Shown in pieces: positions 47,965-58,393 of a DNA stretch of 64,000 bases. This DNA comes from Candidatus Latescibacterota bacterium (GTDB lineage: Bacteria > Latescibacterota > UBA2968 > UBA8231): NCBI GenBank assembly GCA_965261395.1, contig OZ253462.1:2720001-2784000 (forward strand), in the 5' to 3' direction. A model generated the notes under the pieces. That model worked only from the letters and a program-made list of their open reading frames with translations, did no database searches and was not told the DNA's origin. The translations under genes were made by a program, and so were the position numbers. The first letter of the stretch is position 1. Each line of letters begins with the position of its first letter.

Positions 47965-49677
47965 CTACCGGGGCAGATAATGCGGATAGGGGACAATTTC
48001 GCCCTGCAAATGCCGGGCAAACAACCGAGCCTGCACCTCAATCAGCCGCCGCATGGAGACGCGATAGCCAAAAAGCGGATGCGTGGTTTCCTGCTCCAGA
48101 CGACGCTCAAATGCGGCGATAAACGCCTTGCGCCCATTAGTCTTTAGCGAACACGCGGGACCGTTGAAAACGAAATCGCCCGGTTTGACCTCGCCGTTAT
48201 TGATAGCCTGAATTACGCAGGAGTCCGCGACAATAGGCCGGAACGGCTCCATCAAATCGAGAGCCAGCGCCGGGCGACCATGACGCGGGCGATGATAGAG
48301 GCCCATGTAAGGGTCCAAGCCAGTCGCCGAGATCGCGGTCGTGAAAACCCGCGTCAACAAGGCATAAGCCAGCGAGAGCATGGCATTTACCGGATCGGTG
48401 GGCGGACGCCGATTGCGCTTTGCAAAAGCGAACGCGGGCACAGCCTCTTTCACACTCTCGGCGAGCATGTTCTCAAAACAGGCGAAATAGATCGCCGCGG
48501 CCTCGCCCTCAATGCCCAGCAGTTGACGGTCGTCTTTAGCGCGGGGCACCCGCTGGACAATGCGCTGTAATCGCACCAAGACGTCGCTTTTCGCCTCCGC
48601 GTCTCCACTGACACGCCAGTTGCGCCGCAGCATCGTCCGCGCATTACGCACCTTAGCCGCTACCAAGTCACGCGCAAAGGCGAGGCGGCGAGGCTCGTCA
48701 AAAGCAGCTTGGTACTGGGCTTGGCGCACAGCCACATTGCCATTGCCAGTCCCCACGGTGTGGCCGAGAAACCAGCCGCCCGTAGAAAACCACGACACTG
48801 GAATCTCGGCGTTCATCAGCGCGTGTAGAGCCGGCGTAGTCACCGAGACCGGGCCGAACAGATCGACTTGGGAAACGTCAATCAGAGGCACTTCCACGGT
48901 CTCTTCTTTGGTCTCCACCACCAAGCGCTCGCCGCTTTTACGCAGCCGCGCCCCTGGCGTTTGCACGTAGAGCGGCAGCGCCGGATCGTCGGACGGGTTC
49001 AGCGGGCGCGGCGGATACCCCTTGCGAAACAGATTGGTCTCATCCGGCAGACAGATGCCAGCCAGCGAACAGCGCGGGCACTTGGGGCTATTTTCAAGCG
49101 GCGGTGGCCGACGACCACTGGCCGCTGCCCATCGCAGGCCGGCAATCGCCTCCAGAGTCTGGGCGCGGAGTTCTTCGTCGATAACGACCTGTACCCGCTC
49201 GCGTGAACCGGCGTACCAAAGCACGCCCTGCTCGACCTTATAGCCATTGTCTTCGAGGATCATGGCTTGGGTGCAGATTTGGACGCGTTCAGGCTCGTAG
49301 GCTCCGGCGGCGACGTGAGGCCGCTTTCCTTTCTTGAAGTCCACCGGCATTGCGATACCCTCGTCGGCCTCCACGACATCCATCTTGGCGATAACGCCGA
49401 GGCGCTCCGAGGCAAGAGTGACAGACCGGGCGCGAGCCATATCCTCGCCGAGTTCGTCGGGTGCAGGTAAGTGGCCCCCACCTTCATCAACCCTCCCGTG
49501 AGCACGCCGCCCCTCGGCTGTGTCCCCGCTCTCGGCCCACTCGCCTTCCACCCATTCCAAATAGGCCAGCCGGGGGCAATAGACCCATTCGTTGACCATG
49601 CGGGCCGGGACGAGCGGCGTGTTCGCATCGGCTGGCGGTGGGGGCAGGGCGAGGGTGAGTTGGCGGTCGTGGGTCAT
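47965..49677 (-). CDS. cas1: Cas4-Cas1 fusion
   Basis: Cas4 part: YCPR, MDVVE..PVDFKKG, CPRCSLAGIC. Cas1 part: LGIEGEAA..YF, RNRRPPTDPVNAMLS, DLMEPFRP. Confidence 0.96.
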   Translation of the reverse strand: MTHDRQLTLALPPPPADANTPLVPARMVNEWVYCPRLAYLEWVEGEWAESGDTAEGRRAHGRVDEGGGHLPAPDELGEDMARARSVTLASERLGVIAKMDVVEADEGIAMPVDFKKGKRPHVAAGAYEPERVQICTQAMILEDNGYKVEQGVLWYAGSRERVQVVIDEELRAQTLEAIAGLRWAAASGRRPPPLENSPKCPRCSLAGICLPDETNLFRKGYPPRPLNPSDDPALPLYVQTPGARLRKSGERLVVETKEETVEVPLIDVSQVDLFGPVSVTTPALHALMNAEIPVSWFSTGGWFLGHTVGTGNGNVAVRQAQYQAAFDEPRRLAFARDLVAAKVRNARTMLRRNWRVSGDAEAKSDVLVRLQRIVQRVPRAKDDRQLLGIEGEAAAIYFACFENMLAESVKEAVPAFAFAKRNRRPPTDPVNAMLSLAYALLTRVFTTAISATGLDPYMGLYHRPRHGRPALALDLMEPFRPIVADSCVIQAINNGEVKPGDFVFNGPACSLKTNGRKAFIAAFERRLEQETTHPLFGYRVSMRRLIEVQARLFARHLQGEIVPYPHYLPR

Positions 49678-49721
49678 GCGGTGAGAGCTAAGGGCCGTTT
49701 GCTATACGGTTAAAGGCAGCT

Positions 49722-49931
49722 TCATCTGCCCTTCACAGCACGTCCGGTCTGTACGGAATCCTCAAGGCCAGCGCCCAAAATACCGTCCGTGGGCTCGTCG
49801 CGGAGGTGCTGCCGAATGTAGGTTTGCTCTTCCTCGAACGTCATGCCGCTGATCTGCTCGCTAAGTTTGTCCCGGATCGAGCGCATCATCTGCACGGCGT
49901 CGAACGGCTTGTTATTCGTCTTCATAGTCAA
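49722..49931 (-). CDS. Small hypothetical protein, probable orphan partner of a PIN toxin
   Basis: FDAVQMMRSIRDKLS...MTFEE resembles small proteins I recall downstream of PIN-domain genes. Confidence 0.55.
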   Translation of the reverse strand: MTMKTNNKPFDAVQMMRSIRDKLSEQISGMTFEEEQTYIRQHLRDEPTDGILGAGLEDSVQTGRAVKGR

Positions 49932-49960
49932 TATAGCGATGTGCGAATTCGGCGGTTTCT

Positions 49961-51511
49961 TCAGTCAATATTTACGGTTTTCTCTAAACCAATGACAGGG
50001 ACGCAAAGGCCAAGCCCAAAATGTGATGAGTGGCCGACAGCAATGGGACCGCGAATAGGTGTGTCGAAAGTAAGGGATACGTAATAGCCCCGCTTTTCGA
50101 TATTGGTTGGATCGTCTTGACTTCGCCGAGACCTATGCACCCGAATCCACTCGGACACTCCATAATCGACTTCAATCATCAGCCTGCTTATATCGAATCC
50201 CATTCTTTTTAACTCTAGCTGAAGTTGCTCTTCGGGTGTCTCCCCTGGCTTGATGCGGCCTCGACGATCGTACACATGGCGTGGCGGAACATATGGAGTC
50301 GCTGTTTCCCATCGCTCATAGGATTGCGCGTCAAAGCCGCGAGGCGGCGGCACTTGTGAATCCAATGGCACGAGCCGAACGGCCCAAGGATCATTCCGTC
50401 GTGCTTTGCCGAACGCGATCTGAAGTTCTCGCTCAGCCGCGTTCAGAATCGCCCGCTGTTCAGCGTCGGTAAACGGTTGATCGCGCCAGACGATCAATCT
50501 TGTCGCTTTGTTCGTCTCTTTGTCGAAAAGGATGCCAAAGCGTGCATGAGGATGCTGGTGATCTTGCAGCGGCTTTCCATCGGCTTCCTTCCCCGTAAGC
50601 AGACGCGCCGCTTCCCTTTGCTCCATGCTCGCCCGTTTCCAATCTACTCCAAGAAACTCGCGGATGACACGACCTCTAAATCGTTGGGTAAGGACGACAA
50701 TAGATTTGCGCGGTGGGCTGACTCGGGTTCCAATTGCAAACTGGAGGAATCGCATCGGCTTCTTCGATCTCCGCTTCGGCGACGGCAGCTTGACCGGAGG
50801 TATAGCAGGACGCTTGGCGTAAAGCCATTGAGTGCCCGGCGGAACCGTGGAATTCGCCACCAGCGGATCATCAGTAAGCAACTGCACCTGTTCCAGCGTA
50901 GCGTCGGGTGTTGGCACCAGCACGGGCACTGAGCCGGACGAAGGCATGCCTTCCAGCACGCAGTTGATGTCAGCGTTCGGCGGTACGTTCTCGACGCGCC
51001 GGATTTCAGTGAGTGACTCCGCACGACCGAAGTAGGTCATTCGCGCCAAGCTCGCGTCGAGCCAGTCAAAAAGGTCTCGCGACCATTCCGTACCTTCCAC
51101 TGACCACCAAATGACGTCACTGCCAGAGTCGCTCCTAGGGTCGCCAATGATCCAGAAATTATCGCGAGTCAATGTACTCTGGTACTTTTTTTCGCGTGGC
51201 TTTTTTTTACCTGGCGGGACAAAAGTAAACACGGCTGGCTGGTACTGGCGAAGCCCCGGGCCCCGCCAACTGAACGGCGGTAGGCTCCAACTGATATTGC
51301 TGGCACAAAACGCCCTTACGGTCTGTTCGCGCCACGCTGTGCCCTCGACGCCGCACTCCCGTTCATACTGGTGGGACCGTGCCAAGATTGCACGGAGCAA
51401 TCGCCAAGGGCTCGGCGGCCACTCCCCGTGGGGGTCCTCGAAGGGGAACGCCCGCCATGGGTTGGCGTGGAATCGTCCAAGTGGAAATGTCTGTCGCAAA
51501 ATGACTTTCAT
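49961..51511 (-). CDS. csb2: Type I-G Cas5/Cas6 fusion Csb2
   Basis: GRFHANPW...EWPPSPWRLLRA N-terminus and G-rich GHSSHFGLGLC C-terminus. Confidence 0.92.
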   Translation of the reverse strand: MKVILRQTFPLGRFHANPWRAFPFEDPHGEWPPSPWRLLRAILARSHQYERECGVEGTAWREQTVRAFCASNISWSLPPFSWRGPGLRQYQPAVFTFVPPGKKKPREKKYQSTLTRDNFWIIGDPRSDSGSDVIWWSVEGTEWSRDLFDWLDASLARMTYFGRAESLTEIRRVENVPPNADINCVLEGMPSSGSVPVLVPTPDATLEQVQLLTDDPLVANSTVPPGTQWLYAKRPAIPPVKLPSPKRRSKKPMRFLQFAIGTRVSPPRKSIVVLTQRFRGRVIREFLGVDWKRASMEQREAARLLTGKEADGKPLQDHQHPHARFGILFDKETNKATRLIVWRDQPFTDAEQRAILNAAERELQIAFGKARRNDPWAVRLVPLDSQVPPPRGFDAQSYERWETATPYVPPRHVYDRRGRIKPGETPEEQLQLELKRMGFDISRLMIEVDYGVSEWIRVHRSRRSQDDPTNIEKRGYYVSLTFDTPIRGPIAVGHSSHFGLGLCVPVIGLEKTVNID

Positions 51512-51524
51512 GGCATGCCCCCTG

Positions 51525-52616
51525 TTAGTTCTCGGTATCCTCGTCTTCCTCCGAGTCGGACTCTTCCTGCTCATCGTCCGCACCGGCCTGAAACAGTTTC
51601 TTGGCGGGCCAGTAAACCTGCGTCACGGCCGGATCAGGGAATTCCGCCTGCCTGATGGCCTCTTCGATGTCGATGGAAGGAGCGTCGACAGCTTCGTCGT
51701 GCCCGTAAATCCGTAGTTCGTGAAGCTCAAGATCACAATTGGTTCGATACCTGAACGGCGCTCGGAGGATACGTTCGATCTTCCACAACGCTAGAGACAG
51801 GAGGAATTTCTTCTGTGCGTCGTTCAGACCGCGATCCCCCCTTCCGAAAGAGCGCAGCAGTGCCATGTCGACGACGAATGTAGCAGCGATTTCGCCTGCC
51901 ACCTCTTCGTCGACCGCGAAGATCGGTTGTCCAGAAGTCGTCTTGCCGAGTTTGTCGAACTTGATTCCAGAGCTGCGGACTCGGGATGCGTCAAACGCCT
52001 CAAGATGCGCCGTCAGCATTCGGGGTAGCTTGATCCCTAGCGCGAGGAAAAGCACCCCGTGAACAAGCGAATTGGGGTCGTAGCGAAAGATTGTTGTAAA
52101 AACATCCCACCATTGCTCCGGAAGTGGATGAGACGATTTGCCGAGATCGGTGATCCCGAATTCCTGACGAAGCACATCTTCGAACTTCCGCTGACTTGCC
52201 TCACCGTTCTCTACCAGCAGGCCATTTAGAAAGTACGTCGAGGCCAAGCGATGCCCTTCCGAAAGCGTTGTCACGACAAGTCTCCTCGGCCCACACGTCG
52301 TGACTTCCGGCCACCCTTCATCGGTGCGGCACTCTACATACGGCATACCTGCAAGTTCATCCGCCAACTCGAGCGAATGTTCGCTTGCCAAACATATCGT
52401 CTCCAGGTGATTGGCCATGCTCGCCGCGCTGTCAACAATGCAGACTTTCTGCGTGCTGTCGTCGGAGCGTGGTGCATCGTAGATGACGTGACCGATCTCC
52501 GGGAAACCAGCCGGTTGAAATCGGTCAAGCCCGGATGTCGGCGTAAGGCTCGCCCGGAGCGTCAAGCGGGTCTCGCTTCCCTGAAGCAGTGCCGCAGGGT
52601 CAAGTGTATTGGACAT
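51525..52616 (-). CDS. csb1: Type I-G Cas7 (Csb1)
   Basis: RFQPAGFP, VDSAASMANHLE, EGHRLAS, DPNSLVHGV and RYRTNCDL motifs; start MSNTL with RBS AAGGAG. Confidence 0.88.
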   Translation of the reverse strand: MSNTLDPAALLQGSETRLTLRASLTPTSGLDRFQPAGFPEIGHVIYDAPRSDDSTQKVCIVDSAASMANHLETICLASEHSLELADELAGMPYVECRTDEGWPEVTTCGPRRLVVTTLSEGHRLASTYFLNGLLVENGEASQRKFEDVLRQEFGITDLGKSSHPLPEQWWDVFTTIFRYDPNSLVHGVLFLALGIKLPRMLTAHLEAFDASRVRSSGIKFDKLGKTTSGQPIFAVDEEVAGEIAATFVVDMALLRSFGRGDRGLNDAQKKFLLSLALWKIERILRAPFRYRTNCDLELHELRIYGHDEAVDAPSIDIEEAIRQAEFPDPAVTQVYWPAKKLFQAGADDEQEESDSEEDEDTEN

Positions 52617-52633
52617 GATAAGTCTCCTTATGC

Positions 52634-54727
52634 TTATGTTAGATCCGAAGATCGGGTTGGCGTCTGCCACCGCTGGAAGACCGAGATAACGTCCTCGGCG
52701 CGGGATGGAATGACCAAGGCCGCCAGCAGCCGCTCCGTGTCAGATACGGCTATTGATGTGTCGAAGTCGGCCAGGTTTACACCAGCGGAACGATATGCCG
52801 CTCGCGCCGCGTCCGCCGCGGTATTCAGGTCACCACGCCGAAGCAGCGCGATGATTCGGGCGAGATGCGTGCAACTCGCGCCCTTCTTGGAGCGAACGCC
52901 GTTTTCGCTGACAACTCGGCTAAACAACCTGTCACTCACCAAGGGGCGGAACAGTCCGTAAAGTGCCAGTGCGCCGTCAACAGTCGGGTTTTCGCGTTTC
53001 CCAAGGTCGCGCTGCAGCGGTCTCGCCGCCTCTCTGTTTTCCTTCCTGCTCCAGTCGAAAAGACAGAGGCGATCCAGCCAGAGGCGCATTCGACCTTCGT
53101 CCACTTCGCCGGACAACCAGGCATGCACGTCTTTCAGCCCCGCGGGCACTGTCGCGCCGAACGGCGGCGATGCACTTGCCTTTGCTTGGGATGCCTCCAC
53201 AACGCGCCGTTCGCCCGTCGCGCATAGGTTCGCTGCAAGCTCGGCATCGCTCCATACACGACGGGCCGGCACGGACTCGGGGAATTCCCAGAGTCCTCCC
53301 GCTTCGCAGACGCCGATGCGATACGCGATGAACTGCGGACACGCAGGCGTTCTTGTTAGGGAAGACATCGCCAGCGCTAGGCGGGCCTCACGATCAGGCG
53401 GGCTTTCCCCAAACAAGCTCGCCGCCCATTCGCCCGGCAACAATCGGAATCGAACGTCGTGGCTGCGAAACGCACTATTTCGGCCTACTCTGACGAGGAC
53501 TTCGAACATTTCGTCAACCAGCGCCCAGGCTTTTTCGACGCGTCCGGTGCCAGGTTCCGAGGCGGCCAAGTCCACAAGCGCCTGCTCGAGAGGGCCTCGC
53601 AGCCCGATGAACCTCCACCGCTGGCCGACCTTTCGATCCGGTGGTAGCGTATCGCGAAGCGCGATAACGGTCTGGGTCGCCCGTGTCGTCGCCCCGTCTT
53701 CGGCTTCCTTCGGCGTTGGTACTACGTTGGCCAACCGCGATTCAAACGTCTGGCTGCTGGTTGTATGAAGAAGCAGAAAGCGCCGAAATTCGGTAATGCC
53801 ACTATCGACGCCGCGCGCCAGGATCGCGACGGAGAACGCCGAGGACGTCGTGGCCCCCCTTCCTCTGACTTCCGACCGACCACGCATAAACAGCAATGAC
53901 AGTTCGGGTTTAGTCATTGGCCGGTTCCATAGCGGTAGCCAGACTTCAGCTTCTACGCCGCCCGCTTCGTCCGCGTTCTTGGGCGCCATTGCCGCCGTGA
54001 CGAACGGGAATGCCCCCTTCGGTTGCCTGCGGCTGCCTAGTTGACGGGATGTCTCTCCTGCAAAGAAGGTCAAACCTTCACAGGCCAACGCCATCGCCCA
54101 TGGCGTCACCTCCCCTTCGCGGAACGGTCCTTTCATTCCGGTGCCGTGGTTGTATATCTTGTTGGCAGCGCCGAACCATGATCCCGCTTGGAAGGGTTTA
54201 AGATACGTGCATGGGCCGCCTCCGATAAAGGCTTTGAGATCTCTGTTGAGGGTTTCCCGGTTCTGTCTTCGGGGCGGATTTCTAATCACTTGCACGGCGG
54301 TTTTCCAGCCCTTTGCGAAGTCACGTTTCCCAGCGTTTCCTCCGGTGCCGAGCAAAGGATTCATCCTGACACGTCCGTCAAGCGCCAAGTGCGCTCCGAA
54401 CAAAGGCAGCAATTTTTCATCCGCTTCCGAGGCGCGCCAACGGGCCGTGCGCATGGATGTCTTCGCCTTCACATCATTCTTCTTGTCCTGATCCCATGGT
54501 TTTTGGTACTCAGTCCAATCGCTCTCTTCTCCAACCTCGCCCACAAAATTGACGACATCTTCCAGGGCGGTTGGTCCACCAACGAGACAGAATCGCCCGT
54601 TACGCCAAGAAGCCCGAACGCCCGGCCACTTCCTTGCCGCGAGCGAGAACAACCCCAACGATGCGAGGTAGGTTCCGAGCGAATCCGCGCTCAGGCCGAT
54701 GAACGTCACGACAGGCAGCCCGTTCAT
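52634..54727 (-). CDS. csx17: Type I-G large subunit Cas8g/Csx17
   Basis: LGTYLASLGL, PLLGTGGNAG, PWAMALACEG, FPF and EVWLPLW...ARGVDSGI..F.RF motifs. Confidence 0.88.
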   Translation of the reverse strand: MNGLPVVTFIGLSADSLGTYLASLGLFSLAARKWPGVRASWRNGRFCLVGGPTALEDVVNFVGEVGEESDWTEYQKPWDQDKKNDVKAKTSMRTARWRASEADEKLLPLFGAHLALDGRVRMNPLLGTGGNAGKRDFAKGWKTAVQVIRNPPRRQNRETLNRDLKAFIGGGPCTYLKPFQAGSWFGAANKIYNHGTGMKGPFREGEVTPWAMALACEGLTFFAGETSRQLGSRRQPKGAFPFVTAAMAPKNADEAGGVEAEVWLPLWNRPMTKPELSLLFMRGRSEVRGRGATTSSAFSVAILARGVDSGITEFRRFLLLHTTSSQTFESRLANVVPTPKEAEDGATTRATQTVIALRDTLPPDRKVGQRWRFIGLRGPLEQALVDLAASEPGTGRVEKAWALVDEMFEVLVRVGRNSAFRSHDVRFRLLPGEWAASLFGESPPDREARLALAMSSLTRTPACPQFIAYRIGVCEAGGLWEFPESVPARRVWSDAELAANLCATGERRVVEASQAKASASPPFGATVPAGLKDVHAWLSGEVDEGRMRLWLDRLCLFDWSRKENREAARPLQRDLGKRENPTVDGALALYGLFRPLVSDRLFSRVVSENGVRSKKGASCTHLARIIALLRRGDLNTAADAARAAYRSAGVNLADFDTSIAVSDTERLLAALVIPSRAEDVISVFQRWQTPTRSSDLT

Positions 54728-57546
54728 GAGTCTACATCCTTCTTGGTGTTAGGGTCTTTACTGGCCTGTTCGTCGGCGCACCGAACCAAGGCCTCAAGGT
54801 ATGCCAACCCAAAAGGCCCGATATTTCGCGGTTCACTGTCGGGAACGGCACTGCTGATAGCCTGTGGGGCACCGTCTTCCCACCCGCCAAGCAGATCGGT
54901 GACAAGCCCTGTCCAGCCCGGTGCTTCAAAGATGAACTCCGAGCCGTCTTCGGAGAAGTGACCTGACGCTCCATCAACAGCGCACTCGAAATCCAGCGGC
55001 ATATCGTTCCACGGCAACGGATTTGTGGTTTTTTCTATGCCGCATACGTCCTGACTCGCTGGTGTTCGAGCCGTAAGGACCGTACGCACTTTCCCGTGGT
55101 GCGCCGCTGCGAGATAGATCGATAGTGCGGTGAAATCCCTATTCCGTTGCCGATAGTAGCTGTGCCAGAGCGCCAGTGCTGTCGCTGCTTCATGACGGAG
55201 CCCCGGACGAAATGGAACGTTCCACGCACGGAGGATCCCTTGCGTCGCTCGGATTTGTTCGATGTTATTGCGAGAGACCTTTGAATCTGCGTGCCATTCA
55301 TACCTCGTTTCGCCCCGTACACTCTCTTTAGCCCACAACTCAGCCCGGCGAATACGTACGCCGTTCCGCTGTAGGATGGTCTCAGTCGCTTCCGCTGCAT
55401 CGGCTACTTTTGCGATGACTGCGAACTGGTACGGTGCTTTCGCCCACACCTCACCGCTTTGAGGGGGTGGCTTAGGTAACTCCCCCTGCCATTGGGACAG
55501 CGCCTTGCCAATGTCGTGCTCTGCCGAGGCGTGAATGACCGCCGCGCCGATGTTCTTGTTCAGTTCGATTGCCTCGACAATACGCGTCGCCTCGTCCTTG
55601 GCATCCCGAAGATGGTCCCCCAGCTTGACCCAAAACCCGCTCTCGCTGAATCGGTCATCCTCGAATCGCTCGTGCGGTCCACCGGGCGGCGGCACATTAT
55701 GCAGCTTGTCGCTCTTGCACCCTGTCCATCCCATTTCGTCGGAGTATCCACCGTCAGGTCGACGAAGCATCACCAACATGCCGGGGCAAATGTCCAAAGC
55801 ACGGGTGGCCTGCCATGCTTCAGCTTTGTCATCCCAAACCCAAGCTCTTCCCGACGTATCCAGAAACTCTCGAAGTCTGCCGAGGGCTACCGGGCAGCCC
55901 TCGGCGCGACAAAACGCCGGTCCGATCATTTCTGCCGAACGTCGTAGCTGAGCCTCCGAACTCCACTCGCGCCAGAAGACGGTCACATCAGGATTCTCGT
56001 CCTGGCTTCGGACAAACGGACTCACGTCGGTGAAGCCGCCGAAGACGTCCGGCTCCGTCGAGAACAGTCCATGTACGTCGATGGCGCGCGGAAAGGGCTC
56101 GGGTGTCGGAGTAAGTGCCTGCTTCAACTTGTCCGCGTTTTCGTTCTGTGCCCTAAGCGTTTCCAAAGCCTCTCTCGCGGACAACTCTTCGTCGCTTCGG
56201 TACAATATGGCCAACTCACGGAGCAGTTGCGTACCGAGGTTGACCGCTTCGGCCTCATAAGGTCCGATCAACCGCGCCCCTCTTTTCGGTTTCTCCGATC
56301 CCTCCCAAAAATACGCACGCGCATCTCCGTTTAGTCGGCCATCCCGGTTCAGCCTTCCGAGGCGTTGGATGATCGATGGCCAAGGAGCGACCTCGGACCA
56401 CAGCCGCCGGGCCGACACATCCACACCTGCCTCTATGACTTGTGTGGAGACGCATATCAGCCCCGGTACAGTGACCGAGCTATCACTCCCCGCACGTTTG
56501 CGCACCGCTTCAAAGTTAAGGAGCTTGAGTTGGTTCCTTTCGCGGTCCTTGGGGCGAAAGCGAGACGTTAGCAGGACGACTTCATCGTCTCCTTTGTACG
56601 TACTTTTGACCGCAGCGTATATTTTTTGCGCTTCCGCGACGGTGTTGCAGACGACGAGGCTTAGACTCGCTGCACGGTGTTCATCAACCACGGCGTTAGC
56701 TAGTGCTTGCGCGAATGCCGCTTGACGATCGTCGGCGGATGCCTGCTTGCGTTTCATTCTTGTCGGCGGTGCCTTCCATATCTCGCACGGACGGCGAGCT
56801 TGAAGGATCGCGTGTATCTGGTCGTGGGTGCTCAATCGTAGCGGTGTTGGTTTTGGTAACTTTGCGTTTTTGCGATCCCGCGTATCAAGAAACTCTGGGC
56901 GAATCGTTGCGCTCATCCACCATGTCGCGCAAGGCTTCAAGCTCTTGAACCGGTCGCTTCTCATCCAGTCCAGTTGAGCAGATGTCCAGAGTCCCGGCCC
57001 CATCAACTGCACCTCGTCCATGACCCACAGGCAGTCGTTGTTCAATAGCCCGAAGTGCATCGGCCAGCGATAGCGGCTCATTCCGTAGCCTCGGTTGAGG
57101 GCACGGGAAAGAAGCATGTCTTGAGTGCCCACAAGTACGGCATCGCGTTCCGGGTGGATGTCCCAGTCAGCAGCGTCTTCGCCTCCCATGAGTACATGAA
57201 CGCCGACTCTACCCGCGAGGTCGAGATTTTCCAGCCACCCGTTGACGCTCTGTTGCGTCTGTTCGACTAGTGTGCGCATAGGTAGGCAGTAGACGAGGCG
57301 ACGTGGCCAATCGTCTCGCTGTTTGAACACCCGGTTCCAGAGCCATGCTAGCACGACTGCGCCGGTCTTTCCAAACCCCGTTGGGATGTCAATAAGCATG
57401 GATTCGCATTCACTGCTGCCGCTTAGCCACTCGTCTTCGCTACACTTAAAGCGTTCGCCGCATGCGAGACGCACTTGGTATTCGTGGCGTCGGAACCCTG
57501 TAGCCGCCGCAAAAAAACAATCAAATCTTGTTATTGGTCGATTCAC
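54724..57546 (-). CDS. cas3: Type I-G Cas3 (helicase with C-terminal HD nuclease)
   Basis: PTGFGKT, DEVQ, MSAT and QRLGRLNR motifs; C-terminal L.DH...HDIGK...RHE...AAHHGKVR. Confidence 0.95.
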   Translation of the reverse strand: MNRPITRFDCFFAAATGFRRHEYQVRLACGERFKCSEDEWLSGSSECESMLIDIPTGFGKTGAVVLAWLWNRVFKQRDDWPRRLVYCLPMRTLVEQTQQSVNGWLENLDLAGRVGVHVLMGGEDAADWDIHPERDAVLVGTQDMLLSRALNRGYGMSRYRWPMHFGLLNNDCLWVMDEVQLMGPGLWTSAQLDWMRSDRFKSLKPCATWWMSATIRPEFLDTRDRKNAKLPKPTPLRLSTHDQIHAILQARRPCEIWKAPPTRMKRKQASADDRQAAFAQALANAVVDEHRAASLSLVVCNTVAEAQKIYAAVKSTYKGDDEVVLLTSRFRPKDRERNQLKLLNFEAVRKRAGSDSSVTVPGLICVSTQVIEAGVDVSARRLWSEVAPWPSIIQRLGRLNRDGRLNGDARAYFWEGSEKPKRGARLIGPYEAEAVNLGTQLLRELAILYRSDEELSAREALETLRAQNENADKLKQALTPTPEPFPRAIDVHGLFSTEPDVFGGFTDVSPFVRSQDENPDVTVFWREWSSEAQLRRSAEMIGPAFCRAEGCPVALGRLREFLDTSGRAWVWDDKAEAWQATRALDICPGMLVMLRRPDGGYSDEMGWTGCKSDKLHNVPPPGGPHERFEDDRFSESGFWVKLGDHLRDAKDEATRIVEAIELNKNIGAAVIHASAEHDIGKALSQWQGELPKPPPQSGEVWAKAPYQFAVIAKVADAAEATETILQRNGVRIRRAELWAKESVRGETRYEWHADSKVSRNNIEQIRATQGILRAWNVPFRPGLRHEAATALALWHSYYRQRNRDFTALSIYLAAAHHGKVRTVLTARTPASQDVCGIEKTTNPLPWNDMPLDFECAVDGASGHFSEDGSEFIFEAPGWTGLVTDLLGGWEDGAPQAISSAVPDSEPRNIGPFGLAYLEALVRCADEQASKDPNTKKDVDS

Positions 57547-57570
57547 CTGATGCCTCGATTTCTGATGATG

Positions 57571-57795
57571 TCAGTACTCAACAGTAAAATCGTCATTGAC
57601 TGTTTTCCCCGCGAGGACTTCGCCCACGACTTGAGCAATCTCCCGTTTGCTTTTTCTCAGCAACTCAATTTCTTCCGGCGTCAGCATTCGGCAAGCGGGC
57701 GAGGTGCCTATTAGCTGCTTGAGTTTGACCGCCGAAGGGATAGTTCGAGTGTTCTCACTCTCTGAAGGCTGCTCTGTATCGTTGCCCTTAGCCAT
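57571..57795 (-). CDS. Small hypothetical protein upstream of cas3
   Basis: MAKGND... 74 aa; overlaps the end of the VOC gene and ends 24 bp before cas3. Confidence 0.45.
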   Translation of the reverse strand: MAKGNDTEQPSESENTRTIPSAVKLKQLIGTSPACRMLTPEEIELLRKSKREIAQVVGEVLAGKTVNDDFTVEY

Positions 57796-58303
57796 CTTCT
57801 TTCGTCTCATCGCCCCCTTCCTCCTCCTCACCGCCCTCTCCCTTGCTAGGAGGCCCGCCAATCCGCAGAACATGCCCATCCAAGTCCTCAACTAGCATTT
57901 CCCGCGCCCCCCAAGGCTCATCAACAGGCACCTTCTTTATGTTCGCCCCCGCCGCCGCGTACTCCTCGTGCAGCTTGTCAACATCGCCGACGTTGTAGTA
58001 GATCCACACAGGCCGGGCACCCTGCGAATTCTCGGCGAGAAAGACGTGTACTTCGCCATTGGATAGGGAGGCAAAGGTTTTGTCCTCCTCCTCGGCTGGC
58101 CAGTCCCAATCCTTGTTGAAACCGAGAACCGAAGTGTAGTGCTCGAGGCTCGCCTCGACGCTTGCGACGTTCAGAATCGGCGTCATTGCGGTGAACGCCG
58201 TGGGTGCGGAAGCCTTGTCGTGGTCCTCGTGGGCGACGGCGATTGAGCTAATGCCGATGGCGATTCCTGCAACTACTGCTGCGGCAATTCTGCGACCTCT
58301 CAT
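57788..58303 (-). CDS. Secreted VOC/glyoxalase (bleomycin-resistance-like) protein
   Basis: Signal peptide, SLEHYTSVLGF and DEPWGAREMLVEDLDGHVLRIG motifs. Confidence 0.85.
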   Translation of the reverse strand: MRGRRIAAAVVAGIAIGISSIAVAHEDHDKASAPTAFTAMTPILNVASVEASLEHYTSVLGFNKDWDWPAEEEDKTFASLSNGEVHVFLAENSQGARPVWIYYNVGDVDKLHEEYAAAGANIKKVPVDEPWGAREMLVEDLDGHVLRIGGPPSKGEGGEEEEGGDETKEDG

Positions 58304-58345
58304 ATTTTCCTCCCGTGGATGAGTTTAAGTCGATAGAATTCGATT

Positions 58346-58388
58346 GTACCGGGTGCGTTGAACCCGGTCAATTTTGACAGCCGCCCCC
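58346..58388 (+). repeat. 43-bp direct repeat, left copy
   Basis: GTACCGGGTGCGTTGAACCCGGTCAATTTTGACAGCCGCCCCC; 40/43 identical to 59997-60039. Confidence 0.9.
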
Positions 58389-58393
58389 GACGC

